Source: a virus (Duplodnaviria; Heunggongvirae; Uroviricota; Caudoviricetes). From it: a stretch of DNA of 64,000 nucleotides. Positions 27,302 through 35,503 of the stretch are shown here, piece by piece. Under the pieces are notes generated by a model. It was not told where the DNA came from, made no database searches, and saw only the letters and a list, made by a program, of their open reading frames with translations. Location: positions 83,147-147,146 of IMG/VR virus record IMGVR_UViG_3300020048_000032, one strand, 5' to 3'. How positions within the stretch are numbered: the first letter of the stretch is position 1; each line of letters opens with the position of its first letter. The translations under genes were made by a program, and so were the position numbers.

Positions 27302-29116
27302 TTAACCTATATACTTGATTTCAAGTTTATTTGTACCGCTATTAAATCCTATTGTATAGTTACCAAGTGTAAGTAATATATCGGTAAGGTTAGCTGCCGC
27401 AGGGGGTGTTTGCCATGTTCCGTCACCACGTAAAAATTGTGATGTTGTTCCTGCGGCAAGAGCACTCAGCGCTCCAGCGGTACTAGTTTTAATCATCAAT
27501 CCTGCAGTAGTTCCAATAGCTCCATCTGTCGTGATACTACCATGTGTATGTGTTGCGTCAGCGGCTCCTATATCTGTGAATGTTAGTTCACGAGATGTAA
27601 GTCCAGTGACAATCCCATCAGTGACCGTAACTTCGTCATACACGCTTGCGCCTGTCAATGCGGTCGCATTATCGTACGTACTATGTGTATGCGCCGTAAG
27701 TGCAAACCCAGTGACTGCATGTGTATGACTTGTAGTCGTAACTGCATTTGTTGTAGCTTCCGTAACCGTTGAAGGGGTCCCTAACGTAACGGAGCCTGCA
27801 CTAGTAATTGTAGTAAAATTTAAACCATTTCCAGCAGCAACAGATGTGACTGTTCCTGTACCACCTGCAGTTATCCACTCAAGTGCAGTTGCACCAGAAT
27901 TAACTGCGAGTACCTTACCAGCATTAGCTGTAATTACAGGCATAGCTTGATTAGCTAGTAAGTGATAGTATTCTCCACTAGCACCACCCTGTAAGTTAGC
28001 AAGACTATTGTGGTCTACGACTTGACTTACCGCAGACGTAATAACATTGTTAGTTATTCTAGTAATAGCTACGAGCTGACATTGACCCGTGCCACCATTA
28101 GTAATGCCTTGCCAAGTAAGCTTATAGATTGCAACACCTTCTGGTATTGGGAACCCTGTCATATCGAATGAAGTAAAGGATTCAGCCAACGCAGCCGATT
28201 CATTTGCAAATTCGCTACGTCCACTAAGAATTACAAATCGGCCTGCGCCTTCAATATTTGATGCAAAGATATAAGTGTTTGCAAATCTAATATTTGCAAT
28301 TGGGGTCATAGTTCCATTGTTATCGTACTCAATAAACCCTGTCGTAGTATACTTGAATGGCATAGTGCTTGAACTCCATACCCAAGTCGTAGCAGCAGTT
28401 CTATATAAATTATAGTATACAGCTGTAGCTCCGTTAGGAGTAGCTAATGTAGCTAAGGTCTTAAACAAATCTTCATCTGCTATTTTAGTTTCAGGAATTC
28501 CAATAACTTTGTTTGCATCCACAGTGGTATCTAATGTACCACCAGTTAATAATCCCGTAGATACTAGTTTAGTCCCTTCTGTAAGATGCTCATATTTATG
28601 AGTTGCCCTGTCGATTAAGCAAGTATGTCTTTCATCTAATAAAAAATATTTAGGAGTCAAGGAGTTATTCCACGCAACTATTGCAACAGGAACTTTGGTG
28701 TCTTCTAGAGTCCAACCCGTGCCTACAACTAAATCCCCATTAGTGCCATCAATATAAATAAAGTAGGTACCAGTAGCAGCTGGAGGAGTCTCTGACAGCA
28801 CGACAGTTTTATTTGCGGATATTGTATATAATAAACCCGCTCTAAAATAACTGAAGCTCGCTCCTGTTCTAGTTAAACTAAACGTATTTGTACCATCAAA
28901 AGATATAGTTGTTTCTGAGTTATTCGTAAATCCGTACCTATCTATTGCAACAAAGTTTGTTGCAGGTAAGTAATAACTACCATGTTGGCCATCTAACAGG
29001 TCTGCATTAAGATTAGTAACCAAGTTAGTATTAGATACCACGACAGCTTCTATCTGTGTTCTAGGAAGTATTTGGTTTCCTACATTATCTTCTAAAGTCT
29101 TTATATATGTTGGCAT
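27302..29116 (-). CDS. Tail fibre protein
   Basis: NLNADLLDGQHG fibre motif; G/T/A-rich shaft repeats. Confidence 0.75.
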   Translation of the reverse strand: MPTYIKTLEDNVGNQILPRTQIEAVVVSNTNLVTNLNADLLDGQHGSYYLPATNFVAIDRYGFTNNSETTISFDGTNTFSLTRTGASFSYFRAGLLYTISANKTVVLSETPPAATGTYFIYIDGTNGDLVVGTGWTLEDTKVPVAIVAWNNSLTPKYFLLDERHTCLIDRATHKYEHLTEGTKLVSTGLLTGGTLDTTVDANKVIGIPETKIADEDLFKTLATLATPNGATAVYYNLYRTAATTWVWSSSTMPFKYTTTGFIEYDNNGTMTPIANIRFANTYIFASNIEGAGRFVILSGRSEFANESAALAESFTSFDMTGFPIPEGVAIYKLTWQGITNGGTGQCQLVAITRITNNVITSAVSQVVDHNSLANLQGGASGEYYHLLANQAMPVITANAGKVLAVNSGATALEWITAGGTGTVTSVAAGNGLNFTTITSAGSVTLGTPSTVTEATTNAVTTTSHTHAVTGFALTAHTHSTYDNATALTGASVYDEVTVTDGIVTGLTSRELTFTDIGAADATHTHGSITTDGAIGTTAGLMIKTSTAGALSALAAGTTSQFLRGDGTWQTPPAAANLTDILLTLGNYTIGFNSGTNKLEIKYIG

Positions 29117-29134
29117 AAATTACCCTCCCTACCT

Positions 29135-30610
29135 TTACGTTGTTTTATTAACCGTCCATCCTTTGTTTGTTGCTATCAATAGGTCTGCTGCCGTTAGTGA
29201 CGAAGCACCTAGTGAATTAGTTATTCTTATTGTCTTCCCTACTACTGTGCCTAATGAATTAAACAATGCTATCAATGCTGTTCTATCTAATCCAGAAGAG
29301 TATATATCTATTACTGTTCCAGATGCAGACCAGGTTGTTAACGGATTAACAATTAGACCTCTTAACGCATTTACTGTAGTTGTAACAAATATCTGTAATG
29401 TGGTTGGTGCAGTAGAAAGGTCTAAAGTAAATCCATCATTGATTGCACAATCATCAGTGGCAAATCCTTCCATTCGTGTTACCTTAGATATATCACTTAG
29501 TGCAGGTAGCTTCTTAAGATTTCTACAGCCATTAAATGTATAAGCCATTGTAGTAACATTAGAAGTATTAAAATTAGGTATCTCTGTAAGATTATAGCAA
29601 CTATTAAATAAGTTATACATTGTAGTTGCATTGTCCGTACTGACACCTTCTGGTACTACTTTTAGATTATAACAATTTGCAAATACACTATCCATACTTG
29701 TTGACTTAGATGTATTCATTCTTGCAGGAAATACTTCAAGTGAGAAACATCCACTAAACATAGTACCAAAGTTAACTGCAACGTCTTCTCTGAATACTAA
29801 AGCAGGTATCTTACGGAGCATATAGCAAGCATTAAACATACCTTGTACGTCTGTTGCAATATTAGTAGTAGTTGTCATTGGAATCCATTTTAGCATATTA
29901 CATTGATAGAAACAATAAGTAAATGTTACCACTTTAGACGTATCCCAATCAGGACAACTTATTACTTTAAGTGCTCTACAATCATAACACATGTATGTCA
30001 TACTAGTTACGTTCTTTGTTGATTTAATATATACTTTTTCAAGTAATGGGGACTTACTACTGCCTGCGTGATTGAACATAGAATACATTGTTGTAAGACT
30101 GTCCGTATTAACATACGCAAGTCTCATTCCAATATTGTAATAAGCCATTGTAACACTTGCTGGTTTAATAACTCTACAATATGTTAACTTCTGTCCTGCT
30201 ACAACTGGTGAGAATTTAACTGCCCATATAACTTCACCATTACCCTTAGTCATATTATAACCTGCTACTGCGTCTCTTGTAAATGATGCGTTATATATTT
30301 CATTAACACCATCATGTACTATCATTCTGAAATTACCACTTGTAGTACCTACTTGATGATTGATTGCTCCTTCGTAGTTATTACTGTAAATGAAACTTAT
30401 CTCACCATCAGCAGTCCAAGTAGATAGGTCAATAGGAAAATCTTCTATTGTATAGACACCATCATCTACATCGTATTCTGCGTCGAATGGCATATCTACC
30501 ATCTGAGAGAACGTCTTACCTTCTGGCACTTGACCGTCTACTTCTAGATTATGAACTAACTTGTCTTTTGTTGTAGTTAATTCTACTATGCTTTCTGCAA
30601 TTGTTCTCAT
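29135..30610 (-). CDS. BspA/DUF285-type leucine-rich-repeat adhesin
   Basis: Repeats such as MFNACYMLRKIP, MFSGCFSLEVFP, VFANCYNLKVVP, LFNSCYNLTEIP, TFNGCRNLKKLP. Confidence 0.8.
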   Translation of the reverse strand: MRTIAESIVELTTTKDKLVHNLEVDGQVPEGKTFSQMVDMPFDAEYDVDDGVYTIEDFPIDLSTWTADGEISFIYSNNYEGAINHQVGTTSGNFRMIVHDGVNEIYNASFTRDAVAGYNMTKGNGEVIWAVKFSPVVAGQKLTYCRVIKPASVTMAYYNIGMRLAYVNTDSLTTMYSMFNHAGSSKSPLLEKVYIKSTKNVTSMTYMCYDCRALKVISCPDWDTSKVVTFTYCFYQCNMLKWIPMTTTTNIATDVQGMFNACYMLRKIPALVFREDVAVNFGTMFSGCFSLEVFPARMNTSKSTSMDSVFANCYNLKVVPEGVSTDNATTMYNLFNSCYNLTEIPNFNTSNVTTMAYTFNGCRNLKKLPALSDISKVTRMEGFATDDCAINDGFTLDLSTAPTTLQIFVTTTVNALRGLIVNPLTTWSASGTVIDIYSSGLDRTALIALFNSLGTVVGKTIRITNSLGASSLTAADLLIATNKGWTVNKTT

Positions 30611-30614
30611 AGTA

Positions 30615-31004
30615 CTATCCTAGTAAAGTGTCGAGTGCGGATTGTAATCCTACTAGCAACGCTCCCACTTCTTGTAATGCTCCTTCAACGTTAGTGCTTG
30701 TATAATAGGCACCTGCGTCCGTGATGTTCACATCTACTGCGGAAGCTAATTCTACTGGAGTACCTGTGGTTGCATCTGATGAATATACTAAGTTTGCAGG
30801 TAATGTAGACTCGGCTGTCACAAATTCTAAAACAGTTGCACCTGAATTTACCGCAAGTAATTTGCCACCATTGCCTGTAATAGATGGCAAGTCTAACCCA
30901 TCAATTTTGTCTGCGTTTAAATTAGTTATTATAGTAGTCGAAGCGACCGATAAAGGAGCAGTACCTGTCGCTACATCGGATTGTATCTGTGTTTTAAATT
31001 TCAT
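30615..31004 (-). CDS. Short tail fibre-module protein
   Basis: TGTAPL.V.STT...NLNADKIDG and YYTSTNVEGALQEVG fibre motifs. Confidence 0.7.
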   Translation of the reverse strand: MKFKTQIQSDVATGTAPLSVASTTIITNLNADKIDGLDLPSITGNGGKLLAVNSGATVLEFVTAESTLPANLVYSSDATTGTPVELASAVDVNITDAGAYYTSTNVEGALQEVGALLVGLQSALDTLLG

Positions 31005-31029
31005 ATTAATCCTCCCTATTTATAAGCTA

Positions 31030-33099
31030 TTATCCAATTACAGTTACTCTGTATGTGTTAGCAGTAGGTGCTACAGCAAATCTAAGTGTTACTGTATTTG
31101 CACTAGTAAATTCAACATCGCAGAATACTTCTTTATAGAAGAAATAATCTGGATTGGTATTCGTATTCAATGCTTCTCTAACCGTAACAGAACAATCTTG
31201 GCTATTAAGATTATGAGTAACTACATAGCTGGTTGCCGATGTAGATAGCGTAGTAGAATATTTTTGAGTAACAGCAGTGTTAAGTGTGACGACGTCTTGA
31301 GCGGTCTTCTGCAAGAACCCTAATGAGCCGCCGGTTAATTTACCAACGTAGTCACCAATAGCAGGACCAACAACAGGATTAATTGTAATGTTAGAAGCAC
31401 TATTAGCATTCCATGCGGCACTAAAGTTAATTGCAACTGAGGTGTTCGTTGCCCCGGCAGTTACACCAGAAGCACCAAGTGTACCAGCATTTACTGTAGG
31501 AATCTGTGAGGTTAAAGCAAGTGTACCTGTAGTGGCAGGCATTGTAAGAACTGTGCCTGTTCCAGCAGCAGCTGTAGGAATTAATTGCACTGTCCCAGAA
31601 GCTGAGCCGTCAAATGTGGCACTTAATAATCCCGTTACCGCTTGTGAAGCAGACGTTGATTGAACTTGAGTTTTACCAATATAGTGGGTTTGGTGAGCTG
31701 CTGTTGCAAAACTGGCTGCGCCTACTCCACTGTCTTGAATAATCTTTCCTGATGTTCCATTAAACGAAGCAAAGTTAGTGGTAGTTGCACTTGCAGGACC
31801 AGTAACGGCTCCATCAATATTTGTTTGAATAACCACCCAGTCACCATTGACACCGCCAGAAGCCCTGTCAACAGTTGAAATCAACATGTCTCCAACTTCA
31901 CAAGCAACACCTTTAATGGTTCCTGCTGTAATTACTTTATATGTCCAACCAGCATTATATATAACTAATGAGTTGAATGCGGCGATTTCATAAGTTCCGC
32001 CAGCACCAACAGTACCTTTAAATACCATAGCATCTGCAGCTGCAACAATTGCATCAACATAAGCTGTTGTAGCAACCTTTGTTGAGTTATCACCAGCAGA
32101 TTGAGTGGTAGCAGTAATACTACTAGGTAGTGCAGTAGCCCAGCTTGGAGCTACCCCAACCCCACCAGAGACCAGTACACTACCGACCGCAACATCAGCT
32201 AGTTTACTTAATGTATTTGTTGCGCCGCCAACTAACAGGTCGCCTACAGCATAGGTTGATTGCCCAGTACCACCATTGGTAGCACCTAGTGTTCCTGCTA
32301 AGGTAACTGCACCAGAGGTTCCGGTGCTAGGTGTTAAGCCAGTTGTTCCAGCTGAGAATGTTGTTACATATGAACCCGAAGGTTGAGCACCTACGTCTGA
32401 AGCAGTTAGTGTACTCCAAGTCGGAGCAGCAGATACTGCACCAGTGCCTGTTTGAACTAATACTTGCTTAACAGCGGTAGTGTTACCCGCAAGACGAATG
32501 TTGTCTGTTCCATTATGAATAAGAATATCACCAAGTGTGCTTAAGGGAGATAGAGCGTTGAAAGCTGCGGTCTTTGCTGTTTGACCTGTACCGCCATTTG
32601 CGATTGCAACAGTGCCGGTTACGTTTGCAGCTGTTCCTGTCGTGTTTTGATTCAACGTAGGAATGTCTGCGGCAACAACGGCTCTAAAGGAAGGTACGCC
32701 TGCTGCTCCATTTGGTGCAGCTAAAAAGTAGTTTGCAGTCTTAGAGGCATATGGATTTTTTGTATCCCCATAAGCAGTGTGTAATGTAATAGCAGGAGTA
32801 GTTGTACCTGTAGCAACATCAACAACATTAGTCTCTCCAGTAACGGAAGTTACTGTACCGGAACCAGCTTCACCACTCTTAAGAAGTGCAGTCCATATTG
32901 CAGTGCCCCCAGCACCGTTACCAGTACCACCAGCAATCCCAGTTGTTGTACAAATATAAACTCTGTCACCAGTTGAGTCATAAATAACCTGGCCTTCTTT
33001 ACCTGCGAGCGCTGTTGGTGCTCCAGTATAGTTTTCAAATACCCCTTTCAATAACTCATTCTGATTTAAATCTATACTTGTTAAATACTTCATAGGCAT
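31030..33099 (-). CDS. Long tail fibre protein
   Basis: G/A/T-rich shaft; VAATKVATTAYV-like DNSTKVATTAYV, GDWVVIQTNIDGAVTGP, C-terminal VTHNLN domain. Confidence 0.8.
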   Translation of the reverse strand: MPMKYLTSIDLNQNELLKGVFENYTGAPTALAGKEGQVIYDSTGDRVYICTTTGIAGGTGNGAGGTAIWTALLKSGEAGSGTVTSVTGETNVVDVATGTTTPAITLHTAYGDTKNPYASKTANYFLAAPNGAAGVPSFRAVVAADIPTLNQNTTGTAANVTGTVAIANGGTGQTAKTAAFNALSPLSTLGDILIHNGTDNIRLAGNTTAVKQVLVQTGTGAVSAAPTWSTLTASDVGAQPSGSYVTTFSAGTTGLTPSTGTSGAVTLAGTLGATNGGTGQSTYAVGDLLVGGATNTLSKLADVAVGSVLVSGGVGVAPSWATALPSSITATTQSAGDNSTKVATTAYVDAIVAAADAMVFKGTVGAGGTYEIAAFNSLVIYNAGWTYKVITAGTIKGVACEVGDMLISTVDRASGGVNGDWVVIQTNIDGAVTGPASATTTNFASFNGTSGKIIQDSGVGAASFATAAHQTHYIGKTQVQSTSASQAVTGLLSATFDGSASGTVQLIPTAAAGTGTVLTMPATTGTLALTSQIPTVNAGTLGASGVTAGATNTSVAINFSAAWNANSASNITINPVVGPAIGDYVGKLTGGSLGFLQKTAQDVVTLNTAVTQKYSTTLSTSATSYVVTHNLNSQDCSVTVREALNTNTNPDYFFYKEVFCDVEFTSANTVTLRFAVAPTANTYRVTVIG

Positions 33100-33111
33100 A
33101 TTAATGTCCTC

Positions 33112-35043
33112 CTAGTTTAAAAAAGCTCTTCCCGAAAATGGGCTTACAAAATTAATTGTTACTTGGTTTATACTATCGTATACTATGTCTCCGATAACTT
33201 CCTCACTATATCCATTAAAAACTCTAACTGATGGATATTTATTTAAGTTATGAGTTATTACCCATGACTGTGCCGAAGATATCTGTTGATGGTTATAATG
33301 TTTATCAATAAGGTCTTTCACATTGGATAATGAAATGGTTTCCCACGCATCCCCGGTAGTGTTTCCTATGAGTAGGTCTTGTGGGTTTGTTACATTCGGT
33401 ACTGTGGATGCAGGATAATAAACTCCTTGATTTATTATTACACCACCAACGTCTGCTACATTTTCGACCGTGCTGGTTGGCTGATTATCTTCAATGGTTA
33501 CAATTGCTCCGCTGCTGGCCATGATTGGTGAGTCTATTACAGAACTCCCAGGTGCCCATGATACTGAATGTACTCTAGATATTCCAACGGACTCAATTGC
33601 ACGAGACATGTTTTCAATATAACAGTTCATTACTTCAACTTCATTACAATCATAAGCATAAACCATTGGCACAATCAATTCATTGCCAACATCATCTAAA
33701 TTAATAGTTGCAGTACATCCATACATGTATACATTGTCTATTCCAGATGTCTCTATTGGAGCAGCACCAATTGTGGTACTCGCAATGGTTATATTGAGAA
33801 TAGATAATGATTTAATATAAGCTCCAAAAATGCGACCATTTAGTGTTGTGACACTACTATAAGACATTATAGTTACATTGCAGTTCATACTTAAATCAAG
33901 AGGCGTGTCACCTCCATTAAAATATACGTCTTCTGTATACTCTCCTGGAAGCAGGTATATAGTTAAGTCTTCTATTCTGTTATTAACTGCAAATTGTTTC
34001 GCCATACCAATAGTTTGTAATGGTGTTGCATAGTTCCCGTCATTGTTATCGTCATCGCCTGTAGGGCTAACATACAAGGACGTATTCCTACCAAGAAGTA
34101 TTAGCTCCTCACTCATTGGCAAAGTCATTCTTGGGGTATTTAAGTCAGTAACTAAGACTGCACCGTCACCACAGGTAAATCCACCTGTTGAACCTGGTTC
34201 ATTGTTTATAAACTTAGCAACACAGTTTAATAAACCAACGCCATTACTAAGTAAATTTCTAAAGAAAAAAGCGTCAGTGTCATAACATCCAGTTCCATTA
34301 ATTATAGAATCATGAATATAAACATTGCTTGTGTTTGATATTAGTGTTAGTGTATCCATTTGTAAATTATAAATATCTATAAAATTAACATTGTTGTCGT
34401 ATACGTCTATCTCTGTTATTATTGGTTCGGTGAAATCTATACTACCTCTAATATAAACTTCACCAGTTCCATAGAAACCAGAAATTAATACAGTTTCATT
34501 ATATGTCCCTACGCCAATGTCTATAGTTATATTAGTTACTCTATTCTTTTTTATAGAATCAACGGCGTGTTGGATTGTTAGGAATGGTGATTCCTCTGTG
34601 CCTGTATTGGTATCGCTGCCTGTTTTACTCACGTAAATCCAACTAGCGTCACCAAATTCTGGCGTTAGGTAGTTATGTGCTATCTCAGTAAGATGGTAGT
34701 ACTCGTCTGTCGTGCCACCTTGAAGACCCGCTAGGTCATTATGGTCTGGTGTACCTGATGTTCCTGGCACAACCCACTCTAAAGCCGTGGCGTCTATATT
34801 TACTGCTAGAACTTTTTCTGCCTCGTTGACGATGGACGGAATATGCAATCCGTCTATCATGTCCACATTTAAATTCTCTACCTTAGTTGTTGAATCAACT
34901 TCTATCGGAGCGGTACCTGTTTCAATTGTAGATTTAAACGTACCTGAGGTTTCAAACCATCTTGCCCACCAACGTCCTGAAGTATTCAACCAGGCAAGTT
35001 TGTCTTTAGCTAAATTAACATATTGTACAACTTTTCTTGCCAT
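33112..35043 (-). CDS. Tail fibre/spike with two pectin-lyase-like (DUF1565-type) beta-helix units
   Basis: IYVSKTGSDTNTGTEESPFLTIQHAV and LYVSPTGDDDNNDGNYATPLQTIGMA; C-terminal WVITHNLNKYPSV domain. Confidence 0.75.
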   Translation of the reverse strand: MARKVVQYVNLAKDKLAWLNTSGRWWARWFETSGTFKSTIETGTAPIEVDSTTKVENLNVDMIDGLHIPSIVNEAEKVLAVNIDATALEWVVPGTSGTPDHNDLAGLQGGTTDEYYHLTEIAHNYLTPEFGDASWIYVSKTGSDTNTGTEESPFLTIQHAVDSIKKNRVTNITIDIGVGTYNETVLISGFYGTGEVYIRGSIDFTEPIITEIDVYDNNVNFIDIYNLQMDTLTLISNTSNVYIHDSIINGTGCYDTDAFFFRNLLSNGVGLLNCVAKFINNEPGSTGGFTCGDGAVLVTDLNTPRMTLPMSEELILLGRNTSLYVSPTGDDDNNDGNYATPLQTIGMAKQFAVNNRIEDLTIYLLPGEYTEDVYFNGGDTPLDLSMNCNVTIMSYSSVTTLNGRIFGAYIKSLSILNITIASTTIGAAPIETSGIDNVYMYGCTATINLDDVGNELIVPMVYAYDCNEVEVMNCYIENMSRAIESVGISRVHSVSWAPGSSVIDSPIMASSGAIVTIEDNQPTSTVENVADVGGVIINQGVYYPASTVPNVTNPQDLLIGNTTGDAWETISLSNVKDLIDKHYNHQQISSAQSWVITHNLNKYPSVRVFNGYSEEVIGDIVYDSINQVTINFVSPFSGRAFLN

Positions 35044-35052
35044 GCTTCTCCT

Positions 35053-35406
35053 TTAGTGTTCGTAGAACTCTTTAATAAATTTCTCTACATAAATTGGATT
35101 TATGTATACGATACTATTGCCGTCTTCATATGTTACACGATACTCATTTATATCGCTAGCATGTGATACGGATATACAGGTAGGTTCTTCTGTATAGTAT
35201 TTGCGGAAGCAAGCCACGAGCTCTCCGCCTTTTTTAGCTATAGTATAATCATCCGTATAAGTCAAAGAGAAAAGATTCGATAGTCGGCTTATCAGTGACA
35301 ATAATTTTCTCTCATACTCATCTGTTGATTGTAAGTATATGTCTAGTATTTCTGACTGGGTTACTGAATTGTTCAGTAGTAAAGTTTCGATAATTTTATC
35401 TATCAT
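35053..35406 (-). CDS. Hypothetical protein (MIDKIIETLLL...)
   Basis: ORF track starts at GTG 35463, inside a hairpin; ATG at 35406 has a GAGAGG RBS. Confidence 0.6.
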   Translation of the reverse strand: MIDKIIETLLLNNSVTQSEILDIYLQSTDEYERKLLSLISRLSNLFSLTYTDDYTIAKKGGELVACFRKYYTEEPTCISVSHASDINEYRVTYEDGNSIVYINPIYVEKFIKEFYEH

Positions 35407-35503
35407 ATTTTTCTTCCTCTCTGAATTATAAGGACAATAGAGAACAGGGTACCAAGCGTTCACTCTTAGTATATTGACGGCTCAGTACCCTGTTATTTAA
35501 ATA

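Noticed and set aside
10293-31024. T4 late-promoter-like TATAAATA on the minus strand at about 10295-10302 and 31017-31024
   Set aside because: One copy is simply the Tyr-Lys-stop end of the tape measure gene. Both lie immediately against an RBS, leaving no room for a transcript start. In an AT-rich genome an 8-mer like this arises by chance.
25138-35043. Possible diversity-generating retroelement or invertible fibre cassette
   Set aside because: No reverse transcriptase or recombinase in the window, and I saw no near-identical TR/VR pair or inverted crossover sites; the shared fibre modules are diverged at the DNA level.
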